A stretch of 64,000 nt of DNA from Thermoproteota archaeon (lineage in GTDB: Archaea; Korarchaeota; Korarchaeia; Korarchaeales; Korarchaeaceae): positions 96,001-160,000 of the forward strand of contig JALSOH010000004.1 of assembly GCA_026986575.1 (NCBI GenBank), given 5' to 3'. This document shows positions 17,345-26,786 of this stretch, piece after piece. Numbering within the stretch: the stretch's first letter is position 1; each line of letters opens with the position of its first letter. The notes under the pieces were generated by a model. It saw nothing but the letters and a program-made list of their open reading frames with translations. It was not told where the DNA came from and did no database searches. A program made the translations under genes and the position numbers.

Positions 17345-18535
17345 TCAAAGTAGATCCTCGGGGCGTCGGTCTTTCAATATCTGTCTTACCCTATCCCTGT
17401 AAGGTGGCCATGTATAGACTCTCACCATCCTTGGTAGAAGGTTCCTCAGCCTACTTAAGACCGGAGAGGCCTCTAAGGGATCCAATAAAGAACCCTCCCT
17501 CCATAGGAGGGGGAGATCCGTGGATTTTATGAACTCTATACGGGGGGAGTCCACCACGAGATCGTCCTCGTTCAGGCCTGCGCGGTCCGCTATGTGAGAT
17601 TTTAGGTCGGAAACCTCTTCCTCGGAAAGGGATGCGTTGTACCACTCCTTCGCCAGTTTGAGTATGTAGCGCCTCATCAGCCTATTCATTATCTCCCTGC
17701 TTCTCCCGTCTCTCCTGAGGATATCCCACATGGTGTAGTCATCTAGTTGAAGGAAGACCTCCGGATCGTCTAAGCACCTCGCGAGATTCAATCTGTCAAT
17801 CACCGACAGCATCGCCCTCTCCAACATCAGTTGAACTGCTCTTGATGTTTTATGATAGTAGACTGTCCTGAAAGATAGTAATCGGGCCATTAGTAGGGAT
17901 TCCACTGCTTCTAAAGCTCTGGCATTGATGACGAGGTCGCCGTTAATCTCTAACGAGTTAAGTGCGATCCTATGAATGTCGACGCTATAACCAGCTCCTG
18001 TGTGATAGGAATCCCTAACGGTATAGTCCATTTTATCTGCGTCCACCGAGGAGTTTATTATTCTCGAGAGGCTCCTCCTATGATGAACTCCCTCTATCAG
18101 GTCGGTTACCTCGTTAACCCCCACACCCCATCTCCCCAAGATGTCCGATATCTCAGTACTCTTTACGAGGTGGACGCTCATCTCCTCGTGAGTCATGCCC
18201 AGAGACCTTTTCAAGATAGGCTCAAAGGAGTGAGAGAAGGGGCCGTGGCCTATGTCGTGGAGTAGGCCAGATACCCTCAGGAGAGTTACTATATCCTCAT
18301 CTCCGGATTGCTCGCTTATCCTCTTTCCCATGAGCCCTGCTAGATGCATCACACCGAGAGAATGCTCGAACCTCGTGTTCATTGCCCCAGGATAGACGTA
18401 CTCCGATCCAGGGAGCTGCTTTATCCTCCTCAGCCTCTGAAGCGGCAAAGTGTCCACTATCTCAAGCTCGAGGCGAGTCAGCTCTATATACCCGTGGATA
18501 GGGTCCTTTATTGATTTGACGTACTTCCCCATCAT
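17345..18535 (-). CDS. HD-domain phosphohydrolase (SAMHD1/dNTPase-like)
   Basis: DPIHG, QRLRRIKQL, RFEHSLG, LLHDIGHGPFSH, DADKMDY..RD. Confidence 0.93.
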   Translation of the reverse strand: MMGKYVKSIKDPIHGYIELTRLELEIVDTLPLQRLRRIKQLPGSEYVYPGAMNTRFEHSLGVMHLAGLMGKRISEQSGDEDIVTLLRVSGLLHDIGHGPFSHSFEPILKRSLGMTHEEMSVHLVKSTEISDILGRWGVGVNEVTDLIEGVHHRRSLSRIINSSVDADKMDYTVRDSYHTGAGYSVDIHRIALNSLEINGDLVINARALEAVESLLMARLLSFRTVYYHKTSRAVQLMLERAMLSVIDRLNLARCLDDPEVFLQLDDYTMWDILRRDGRSREIMNRLMRRYILKLAKEWYNASLSEEEVSDLKSHIADRAGLNEDDLVVDSPRIEFIKSTDLPLLWREGSLLDPLEASPVLSRLRNLLPRMVRVYTWPPYRDRVRQILKDRRPEDLL

Positions 18536-18957
18536 CGGTGTTCCTCCAAGAGCCTCTCGTACTCTTCGGGTGAGAGGAGGTTCTTTATCTCCTTCTCAAC
18601 CTCCGGCCCCATCTTTATAACGAGAATCCAACCCTCTCCGTAGGGATCCTCGGTTATTGTCTCCAAACCCATCGGAATTTCATCGCTTCCCTCCTCTACC
18701 ACGCCGACCTCTCTGTTCAACTCGGAGATCTCGCCAGATAGTGGGGCATATATCTTCTCGGTGGTTTTACTGCTCTCCACCAATCCTACGGGCTCCCCTT
18801 GGCTGACCTTAGTTCCCACTGGTTTGACCTCGAGGTATGTAATATCGCCCAATTCCTCCACGGCATAGGAGGTCAGGCCCATTATAGCGGTGTCACCCTC
18901 CAGCTTAACCCACTCGTGGGTCTTGGTATAGTACCTGTCCCCAGGAACCTCGTGCAT
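18532..18957 (-). CDS. gcvH: Glycine cleavage system H protein
   Basis: YTKTHEWV, LGDI, VESSK (lipoyl Lys), DPYGEGW. Confidence 0.93.
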   Translation of the reverse strand: MHEVPGDRYYTKTHEWVKLEGDTAIMGLTSYAVEELGDITYLEVKPVGTKVSQGEPVGLVESSKTTEKIYAPLSGEISELNREVGVVEEGSDEIPMGLETITEDPYGEGWILVIKMGPEVEKEIKNLLSPEEYERLLEEHR

Positions 18958-19007
18958 ACGATCACCTAGTAGGATGACTCCTATTCCTTTTAATCCTTAG
19001 ATGATTA

Positions 19008-19919
19008 TCACGGGGATTCTAGGCCAAATTCGGTTATTTTGAAGGCTGCTTGACCTGGAGGCAGGTAAGAGGAGTCCTCCAAGGATACTATCACCAAGTT
19101 CTTCCTAGCCTTCCTGAAGTACAAGGTGTTGTGGGGGGTATGGCCAAGAACGAAACCGCCCTTCGAGGTGATCTCCTTACCCCATCTGACAGCGTGGACC
19201 GTGATCAGGACCACCGCGTCTAGTTCTGCGATCCTTCTAACGAGCATCAGCACCTCTTGGAGCTCTTCCTGCCTCTCTCTCAGGCCATCTAGCCCTTTAT
19301 ATCCCCTGAAAGGATAGGATATCGAATCCACGCAGACGAACCTGCTGGTACCCTCTTTGACGAAGTCAGAGGAAAGTTTGAGGGCTACCTTCAGTTGGGA
19401 TACACCCGGGGCCGAGAATACCCTCACCCTAGATAGATCCCTGTCCGCGAGGCCGTTACTGTACAGGAATGTTTTCATTCTCCCCGGAACAAAAGTCCCC
19501 TCTGTATCCAAGAATACGGCCTCCTCAGAGGCTACACCCCCTTCATGCTCATTCAGTAGAGATCTAGCTGTCATATGGAGACAGAACTGCGTTTTACCCG
19601 AGGCTGGAGGTCCGAATATGGCATTTATTGTTCCTATTTGGAACCCCCCGGCCAGTAGGTCATCTAACCTTTTGATTCCAGTACTCAGGATGAGCTTCTC
19701 TTCCCTTAGGAGTTCATCGGCAGGTATGGGTTTGAGTAGAATTGAGGCAACTGTGTCCAATATCTCTCTAGCAACTTTCCTGTCGATAGCCAGCTCATCC
19801 GCAAGCTGCTTTTCGGAGATGATGAGCAGGTCTCTAACAGATATACCCCTTTCGATGAGCTTCTTCAGGTACTCATCAGGGATCCTCCCCCTGAGGAATG
19901 AGAGGTCTTCGGATCTCAA
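19008..19919 (-). CDS. RadA/Rad51 paralog
   Basis: N-terminal HhH-like region, STG...LD.LL.GG, GPPASGKTQ, DTEGTF, VDSI, GGFVLGH, LEDSSYLP. Confidence 0.88.
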   Translation of the reverse strand: MRSEDLSFLRGRIPDEYLKKLIERGISVRDLLIISEKQLADELAIDRKVAREILDTVASILLKPIPADELLREEKLILSTGIKRLDDLLAGGFQIGTINAIFGPPASGKTQFCLHMTARSLLNEHEGGVASEEAVFLDTEGTFVPGRMKTFLYSNGLADRDLSRVRVFSAPGVSQLKVALKLSSDFVKEGTSRFVCVDSISYPFRGYKGLDGLRERQEELQEVLMLVRRIAELDAVVLITVHAVRWGKEITSKGGFVLGHTPHNTLYFRKARKNLVIVSLEDSSYLPPGQAAFKITEFGLESP

Positions 19920-20401
19920 TGATCGACCCCCTTCAATCCTAGCCTGTGCGCTATCACATTAGTGCCCTTATGGAGCGCGGGAGTCACTACCAAGAGGAAT
20001 AGAATGGACCACATGTCTAGAGGTTCAACTGGATAAGAGAAAAGAATGGAAATTATTAGGAATCCCTCTTGATCGAGAAAGGGGGCAGAGCCACCGGCCT
20101 CTATTCCGATTCTCCTTTTTACGAACGAGCCTAGAGAATCCCCAAGCATTGCACCTAGGGAGAGGAGGAAGCCCGTTAGGGATCTTCCCTGTAGGCACCC
20201 CACTAACGTGCCAATCAGTATTCCGGAGGCGAAACCCTTGATGGTCTTGTGGTCTCCAAGTATCCTCCTTCCGTCTAGGAACTTCTTCCCCATGTCTAGG
20301 GGTCTTCCCCCTCCGAAAATGACCGGTGACATGTTAGCCATATATGAGGGTAGAATATACCAGAGGGATTTCAGGATCAGGAGCGTCAAATCTAGCATCA
20401 T
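19916..20401 (-). CDS. carS: CDP-archaeol synthase
   Basis: PSYMANMSP, PLD.G..FLDGRRILGDHKT, GD..GSFVKRR, DQ. Confidence 0.93.
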   Translation of the reverse strand: MMLDLTLLILKSLWYILPSYMANMSPVIFGGGRPLDMGKKFLDGRRILGDHKTIKGFASGILIGTLVGCLQGRSLTGFLLSLGAMLGDSLGSFVKRRIGIEAGGSAPFLDQEGFLIISILFSYPVEPLDMWSILFLLVVTPALHKGTNVIAHRLGLKGVDH

Positions 20402-20404
20402 TTA

Positions 20405-20845
20405 TCACCTAACGAAGGTCACCTTATCGAAAATCCTCATGAACTGGGCGTCTAACTGAGTAAACGATGTGTAGGCCCTCACGCGGAAGGGGATTTGTCT
20501 CTCGAGGAACCTTAGTAGATTCATGGCTATCAAAAATTTCCTTCTAGCGCTACCGAACTCATTAGAGATGCTCAAAGACACAGCGTAAGGTCCGTATACC
20601 TCGTCAATGAATCCATCATATCTCCCAAGCAGGTGAGCAAGCATTAGGAGTGGATCTATTCCCCCCGATAGGGTAGCATCTATTAGCAGGAGGTTTCTCT
20701 CCCGTCCGAAGACCTCTCCGAGCATTCGGAGTGTGTACCCCTCGAAGGATACCAAGGCTACTTTAGAACCCACCCTTAGAGATTCCTCAATATCTCTCCT
20801 TAAGAGGCTTCCCTTCAAGTGAGATGGTGCTGCTATTAACTCCAT
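20405..20845 (-). CDS. Hypothetical protein, possibly degenerate RecA-fold
   Basis: In operon between XPD-like gene and carS; alternating beta/alpha pattern, GFIDE. Confidence 0.55.
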   Translation of the reverse strand: MELIAAPSHLKGSLLRRDIEESLRVGSKVALVSFEGYTLRMLGEVFGRERNLLLIDATLSGGIDPLLMLAHLLGRYDGFIDEVYGPYAVSLSISNEFGSARRKFLIAMNLLRFLERQIPFRVRAYTSFTQLDAQFMRIFDKVTFVR

Positions 20846-22541
20846 CGGGGGGCACCCTTGCATCCTCAGGTAAGTATCCGTTCGAGCTAAAGAACTCATC
20901 GGCTAACTGAGGTACATCTTCAAGGGATGCAACCTTGGTCATCGCCCTCAGCCACCTAGGGAACAGGTTCAGGCACAGCTTGAACCTACCATCCGCGAAC
21001 ACCACAAATCCTAAATCGTCGGACGACCTTACAGGTCTAGCTGCCGCTTGCGCCGCGGATCTACACGCTATTAGAAGCTCGGGATTGTCGAGTCTCGAAT
21101 ATCTTCTCCATAGAGAGAGTGTGAGGGACCTGACGATACCGGGTTTCATGAACTGCATCCCCACAATCACGGATGTGGACATGTATGGCCCTGGAAAATC
21201 CTCACCCTCGCTGTTCCTGCCTCCCTGAACCCCTAGAAGTATTGCCCCCTCTCTCCAAGACCTCTTGTATCTCTCGATGAGATACGCCCTCTCTGTCTCC
21301 CTCATTCCCTTTCTCTCAACGAAGATAGGTCTCTCAACGAGCTCCTCTAGGCCAGCGTCAAGCAGTCCCTGTAAGATGTCATACGAGGAAGCGAACACTC
21401 CTATGTTCCCGAATACTCTGTGAGACAAGTCCGCTAGAGCAGTAGCTAGCCTGTAATACTCATACCTGCTTCTCTCCTCGAATCTCGTGGTGAAGTCCCT
21501 CGTTATGTACGCCTCTAGACGGCCCCATCTAGACAAGGACACCCTTCTGTAGTTAGAATCCACTAAGAATTCTCCCCTAGATCCCCTTCCACCCCATGTC
21601 CCCGATATTAGAACGACCGATTTATACTTGCTGAATATCTCCTCTAGGGTGCCCTTGGGTCTCCTGAGTAGGATGAGTCCCTCGTCGGATAGAAAGACCT
21701 TTTCTGCTTCTAGAACCTCGTCTCTCATCCATATTAGGGTCTCTCTAATCTCTTTGGGGAAGGTTCCATCACAGGCCAAGGAGTAAGCCAGATACTTCTT
21801 GGGAAGAGCGATGTAGCTCAGCCTCGATCTCTTGAAGTAGGACAGTAAATCCCTTATCCTCCAGCAGTAGTATGATATCGGGCTGAGTAGGTCCCGCTCT
21901 ATTGTGATAAAGTGGTTAGACAGCCACGCTTTTTTCAGGTTGTGACCCTCGTCTATTAGGATAGATCTTCTACCTCCGAGAGTCTCCTCCACGAACTTCA
22001 GTAAACCTTCATCCATGAGATACGCATAAGATGCGACTACCACATCGTAGTTCCCCTTAGCTATGGTCCTGAGGGATCCGTAATAGGGACATCCTTTTCC
22101 GCCCAAACCTAAGGGATCGAAACATCTCCCCGTATTTCTCTGGCTGTTTCTTGCGAAATAGGGGCACTTTCCTTCCTCTCTAAGCTCATCGCACCTCTTA
22201 TTGAAGAGGTGATAGTTTGCGATGCGGTTGGCCCTCCAGTTCAAACACAGCTCCCTCTTACCCCTCAGGGCAGCTACCTTGACCATGCTGAACCTTCTAC
22301 ATTCATCCAACACGCGATCTATCTGGCTGTGGGTCCTGACGAGATACAAGAAAGTAGCTCCAATCCTTTGTGAGAGATATTCCATAGCAGTAAGGACGGT
22401 GGCTGTCTTACCTATTCCATTCGGGGCTTCTATGAGTGTCAGACCCCTTCCACTCAATGAACGACACAGGTAAGCCAAGAGCTCCCTCTGTCCTTGCCTG
22501 AACTCATCAAAGGGAAAATGACTTTCAATTCCCTCACACAC
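20787..22541 (-). CDS. XPD/Rad3/DinG-family Fe-S helicase
   Basis: FRQGQ, EAPNGIGKT, four Cys Fe-S ligands, IDEGHNL, SGT, EGEDF, QAAARPVRS. Confidence 0.88.
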   Translation of the reverse strand: MCEGIESHFPFDEFRQGQRELLAYLCRSLSGRGLTLIEAPNGIGKTATVLTAMEYLSQRIGATFLYLVRTHSQIDRVLDECRRFSMVKVAALRGKRELCLNWRANRIANYHLFNKRCDELREEGKCPYFARNSQRNTGRCFDPLGLGGKGCPYYGSLRTIAKGNYDVVVASYAYLMDEGLLKFVEETLGGRRSILIDEGHNLKKAWLSNHFITIERDLLSPISYYCWRIRDLLSYFKRSRLSYIALPKKYLAYSLACDGTFPKEIRETLIWMRDEVLEAEKVFLSDEGLILLRRPKGTLEEIFSKYKSVVLISGTWGGRGSRGEFLVDSNYRRVSLSRWGRLEAYITRDFTTRFEERSRYEYYRLATALADLSHRVFGNIGVFASSYDILQGLLDAGLEELVERPIFVERKGMRETERAYLIERYKRSWREGAILLGVQGGRNSEGEDFPGPYMSTSVIVGMQFMKPGIVRSLTLSLWRRYSRLDNPELLIACRSAAQAAARPVRSSDDLGFVVFADGRFKLCLNLFPRWLRAMTKVASLEDVPQLADEFFSSNGYLPEDARVPPDGVNSSTISLEGKPLKERY

Positions 22542-22554
22542 CTTAAGATTGTGG

Positions 22555-23679
22555 GTGAGCGATATATACGAGAAAAGGCGCAAAATTGGGTTAATAGTAA
22601 ACCCCATAGCCGGGCTCGGCGGTCCTCTCGGCAGGAAGGGCACGGATGATCATGAGACTGTTGCTGAGGCACTGAGAAGGGGGCTCAAGAAGACCTCCTT
22701 GGAGAGGGCTGCTAGGGCTTTGAAGTTCCTCAGGGATATCGACGTGATCGTATACGCTCCAAGAGGAGAGATGGGTGGGATTTCAGTTATTTCTGCTGGT
22801 TTAGGATCTGATTTCATCCCTCTAGAGTATACGCCCTCTAGTCCCAGCACGAGGGAGGATACACTGAGGGCAGCTGAGGAGATCATTAGGAAGGGCGTTG
22901 ACCTTCTCTTGTTCTCAGGTGGAGACGGGACGGCAGCCGATGTGTTGAGAGTTGTGAATTGCAAGCTGGTGGTCTTGGGTATACCTTCAGGTGTCAAGGT
23001 GTTCTCGTCTGTGTTCGCAAAGACCCCAGAAGATGCTGGGAGAGTAGCGAGGGATTACTTAGAGGGAAAATTGGATGAGACAGTAGGAGAGGTCGTTGAT
23101 ATACCGGAGGAAGACTACAGGAGTGGCTCCTTCTCCCCCAAGGTTATCGGTACGTTGAGGATACCTCGCTCCCATTTGGTGCAGGGTAGCAAGAGCTTGG
23201 AGGCTCCAGATGAGATAGTGCTCGAGGGGATCTATAGGTACATCAGCAATAGATTGAAAGCGAGGGATTTGATCGTTCTAGGTCCGGGTAGAACTGTGAG
23301 CTTCATAGCCGCCAAGATGGGCTACAGGAAGAACCCTTCAACTGTGGATGTGATCATGGGATGGAAGTACTTGAAGGATGTGAATTACTTCGAGATGGAG
23401 TCCATCCTCGGGGGATCTCTGATCAGGCCATTAGTTGTTCTGACCCCAATAGGGGGGACCTCGTTCCTCCTTGGGAGGGGGAATCACCAGCTCGTACCCG
23501 CTATAAGGAGAGCCAATTGGAGAGAGGATGTCCTAGTAGTTTCAACTCCCTCCAAGATCAGGGGCATAGAGGAGCTGCTGGTGGATGTGGACGAGCCCCT
23601 CGAGAACGTCCCTGAATATACCAGGGTGATAATAGGTTACAGGGAGGAGAAAATAGTTAGAGTGAGGCTGACTCAGTAG
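22555..23679 (+). CDS. ATP-NAD kinase family protein
   Basis: NPIAGLGG..KGTD, GGDGTA, GIPSGVK, LLGRGNHQ. Confidence 0.85.
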   Translation: MSDIYEKRRKIGLIVNPIAGLGGPLGRKGTDDHETVAEALRRGLKKTSLERAARALKFLRDIDVIVYAPRGEMGGISVISAGLGSDFIPLEYTPSSPSTREDTLRAAEEIIRKGVDLLLFSGGDGTAADVLRVVNCKLVVLGIPSGVKVFSSVFAKTPEDAGRVARDYLEGKLDETVGEVVDIPEEDYRSGSFSPKVIGTLRIPRSHLVQGSKSLEAPDEIVLEGIYRYISNRLKARDLIVLGPGRTVSFIAAKMGYRKNPSTVDVIMGWKYLKDVNYFEMESILGGSLIRPLVVLTPIGGTSFLLGRGNHQLVPAIRRANWREDVLVVSTPSKIRGIEELLVDVDEPLENVPEYTRVIIGYREEKIVRVRLTQ

Positions 23680-24899
23680 AGCACGTAGGCTCTGCCTAAG
23701 GCGTCCTCTATCACGCTCACGGGATCGTACTGTCCGTCCACCGCCGTTATACCCGTGCTGATAACGGGCTGTATTGTTCCTATCTTCTCCGGTCCGAGGA
23801 CATCAGGGGATTTTATACCCGTCAGCAGGAGTATCACCCTCACGCTGTCCCCAAGCTGCTCGTCCATGTCAGCTCCTATCTTAATTATAGCGTCGCTAGA
23901 CATCCTAGATGCCACTATCTCGGTTATCTGGTGAACTTCCGTGAGTTTGAGGTTCTTCCCCCCGTATACTACTACCAAGGCCCCCTTGGCTCCATCCGGG
24001 GAGATCTCTATCAGCTGGTTCCTGAGGGCCATCTTGACCGCCTCCTCTGCCCTCCTCTTCGGATCACTGGATTCTCCTATTCCCACAGCCGCCACTCCTC
24101 CAGCAGACATGAGCGTCCTTATGTCGTTGAGATCCACATTCACCATGGTCCTCTTCCTGATGATCTCGGCTATTCCCTTCACCATTATAGCTAGGGTGTA
24201 GTCAGCCATCACGAAGGCTTTATCTATCGGGAGTTCGCCAGCAAGATGTAGGAGCTTGTCATTGGATATGAGTACGACTGTATCGGCCCATTTTCTAAGC
24301 TGTCTTATTCCCTCCTGAGCTATCTTGTATTTATGCCTCCCTTCAGTTTTGAAGGGGAGCGTCACGAAGCCTATTACCTTAGCCCCCTTGTCTTTAGCTA
24401 TCTTCGCGACTATAGGGGCGGCACCCGTCCCGGTTCCACCCCCCATACCCGCCGCTATGAAGACCAGATCCGGTCTGCTTCCTAAGGCATCCGAGATCTT
24501 GTGAGAATCTTGCTCTGCGCAGGCTCTCGCTACCTCCGGTCTTCCGCCTGCACCCAGACCGTTGGTTATGTTTTCTCCTATGAGTATCTTATGGGGAACC
24601 TCTACGCCATCCAGATGTACCTTGTCCGTGTTTATGGCGACGAGCCTAACTCCCTCGACACCCAGCTTATTCAGGTTGTGAACGGTATTGGAACCGCATC
24701 CTCCCACCCCGACTATGACTATGTTACCAGCGGAGTAGTCCTCGCTCTTCACCGGAGTGTCTAAGGAGTCGATAGCCCTCGCGGCGTCCATCATCGGCAT
24801 GCCGGATCCATCGTCGGCTGGACCATTGAAGATCCTCCTGAAGAGATCCACCATCTCCCTTCCTTGGGGAGATCCAGCCTCCTGCATCCCCTCGAACAT
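23673..24899 (-). CDS. ftsZ: Cell division protein FtsZ (FtsZ2-like)
   Basis: [27 protein letters not shown]. Confidence 0.95.
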   Translation of the reverse strand: MFEGMQEAGSPQGREMVDLFRRIFNGPADDGSGMPMMDAARAIDSLDTPVKSEDYSAGNIVIVGVGGCGSNTVHNLNKLGVEGVRLVAINTDKVHLDGVEVPHKILIGENITNGLGAGGRPEVARACAEQDSHKISDALGSRPDLVFIAAGMGGGTGTGAAPIVAKIAKDKGAKVIGFVTLPFKTEGRHKYKIAQEGIRQLRKWADTVVLISNDKLLHLAGELPIDKAFVMADYTLAIMVKGIAEIIRKRTMVNVDLNDIRTLMSAGGVAAVGIGESSDPKRRAEEAVKMALRNQLIEISPDGAKGALVVVYGGKNLKLTEVHQITEIVASRMSSDAIIKIGADMDEQLGDSVRVILLLTGIKSPDVLGPEKIGTIQPVISTGITAVDGQYDPVSVIEDALGRAYVLY

Positions 24900-25060
24900 C
24901 AGTAAGCTACACCTCCAGCGTTCCTTCTCTTATATTCCCTTATGAGGAGTCTTATAGCCTCCCTTATGGCCTCACTCTTGCTCGTGAAACCGACCTCCTG
25001 GACTAGTTTCTCCAGTTCCCTCATAAGGGAGTGAGGTATATGGAACGATACCACTACCAT
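24899..25060 (-). CDS. Ribbon-helix-helix regulator, CdrS-like
   Basis: Not in ORF track; MVVVSFHIPHSLMRELEKLVQEVGFTSKSEAIREAIRLLI; TGATG overlap with ftsZ. Confidence 0.88.
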   Translation of the reverse strand: MVVVSFHIPHSLMRELEKLVQEVGFTSKSEAIREAIRLLIREYKRRNAGGVAY

Positions 25061-25403
25061 TATACCACCGAGATCAATGGAATATACGTGACCTTAAGGT
25101 ATGGTTGAGATAATTGGGTAGGATGTCGTAGTGTTATTGTTAATATTTCCTTTATGAGTCCTTTATATAATAGTGTCACTTTTCGTAGTGACAAATCAAT
25201 GTTTTCCGGAAGTAAGGGCCGCGAGCAGGTAATGTAGCGTAAGTTGAGGGAAAATAGCTCGTTGCATCCTAAAATTGACTTTCTACTTCGATTTATCTAG
25301 GGGTGTGACCGACAAGATGTGGTATGATCACTATCATTTCCACTCCGTGCTTATGACATGGAAGTGCCATAGTGTTAAGATAATCTGGGCAGTGTAATAT
25401 CTG

Positions 25404-26786
25404 ATGCCGATGCCTGCAGAGGGCTTGATACCCAATGCTTCAGATCCTATTATCTCTGAGATGCTGAATTATCTGGGCATTAATAAGTTAGAGGATCTGT
25501 TCTCCGATGTTCCCGGCTCCATCTTAATGAACGAGCCTACTGAAATCGGGAAACCTCTAACACAGTCCGAAGTGGAAGCTCTGTACAATGAAAAGCTAGA
25601 GAAGAATGTATCCGTTAAACTGAGCTTCATGGGGGGAGGGTTGGCTGATCACTACGTGCCTCCCCTGGTGGACGAATTAGTGACCAATCAAGAGTTCTAC
25701 TCCTCGTATACACCCTATCAGCCCGAGATATCTCAGGGGATCCTACAGGCACTCTTTGAATACCAGTCGCTCATGGCGGAGCTGCTGGGCATGGATGTGG
25801 TGAATGCCTCCCTTTATGACTACGCCTCCGCATTGGGCGAGGCTGGGAGGTTCTCCGTTAGGGTCACTAAGAGGAAGAAGATTCTGCTGGCGTCGACCAC
25901 CCATCCGGAGAGGAAGGCTGTATTGAAGACCTACATGGAACCCCTCGATGTCCAAATAGTTGAGATCAACCGAGAGGCTGGTGGAGAGATCTCTCTTGAT
26001 GAATTATCGGCTAATATGGATGAGGACGTTGGTATGGTGTATCTGGAGACCCCAAATTTCTTCGGCGTTGTTGAGAGGAAAATTGAGGATGCGGCTGATA
26101 TGGTGCATTCCAAAGAGGCACTTCTCGTCGTTGGAACCGACCCCCTACTGGCTGGTATAGTTAAGCCACCTGGAGAGCTGGGAGCGGACGTAGTGATTGG
26201 GGAAGGACAGCACTTGGGTGGATACATGAGCTATGGAGGTCCATCATTGGGAATATTTGCAGTGAAGAAGAGCTTCAGGCACATCAGACAGCTTCCTGGA
26301 AGGTTGATAGGGATGACCAAAACCGTTGATAAGATGTATCGCGGTTATACTATGGTTCTGCAGACAAGGGAGCAGCATATCAGGCAGGAGGAGGCTACTT
26401 CGAACATAACTACTAACTCTTCGTTGATGGCCGTGAGAGCAGCGATCTACCTAGCATTGCTTGGGCCTGATGGCATCAGGTCCGTCGCCGAGAAAATTCT
26501 ATACAATACAGAGTACCTCAAGAGGAAGCTAGGCTCTCTTCCATGCTTCAACATCCAATTCAAGGGCTCCCTTCATTTCAAGGAGATTCCCGTCGTATCT
26601 GAAGTATCTTGGAGTGAAGTGAACAGCTGGCTGTTGAGGAACGGAATCCTAGGAGCCTTTCAAGTATCCAAGCTGTTCCCGGATGTTGATCCAACTGGAA
26701 AGCTGGGCCTGCTCTCGACAACGGAGAAACACCGGCTTGCTGACTTAGATCTGCTCTTGGGACTGATGAGGGAGGTGTGCTCATGA
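25404..26786 (+). CDS. gcvPA: Glycine dehydrogenase subunit 1
   Basis: SYTPYQPEISQG.LQALFEYQ, LQTREQHIR, TSNI. Confidence 0.95.
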   Translation: MPMPAEGLIPNASDPIISEMLNYLGINKLEDLFSDVPGSILMNEPTEIGKPLTQSEVEALYNEKLEKNVSVKLSFMGGGLADHYVPPLVDELVTNQEFYSSYTPYQPEISQGILQALFEYQSLMAELLGMDVVNASLYDYASALGEAGRFSVRVTKRKKILLASTTHPERKAVLKTYMEPLDVQIVEINREAGGEISLDELSANMDEDVGMVYLETPNFFGVVERKIEDAADMVHSKEALLVVGTDPLLAGIVKPPGELGADVVIGEGQHLGGYMSYGGPSLGIFAVKKSFRHIRQLPGRLIGMTKTVDKMYRGYTMVLQTREQHIRQEEATSNITTNSSLMAVRAAIYLALLGPDGIRSVAEKILYNTEYLKRKLGSLPCFNIQFKGSLHFKEIPVVSEVSWSEVNSWLLRNGILGAFQVSKLFPDVDPTGKLGLLSTTEKHRLADLDLLLGLMREVCS

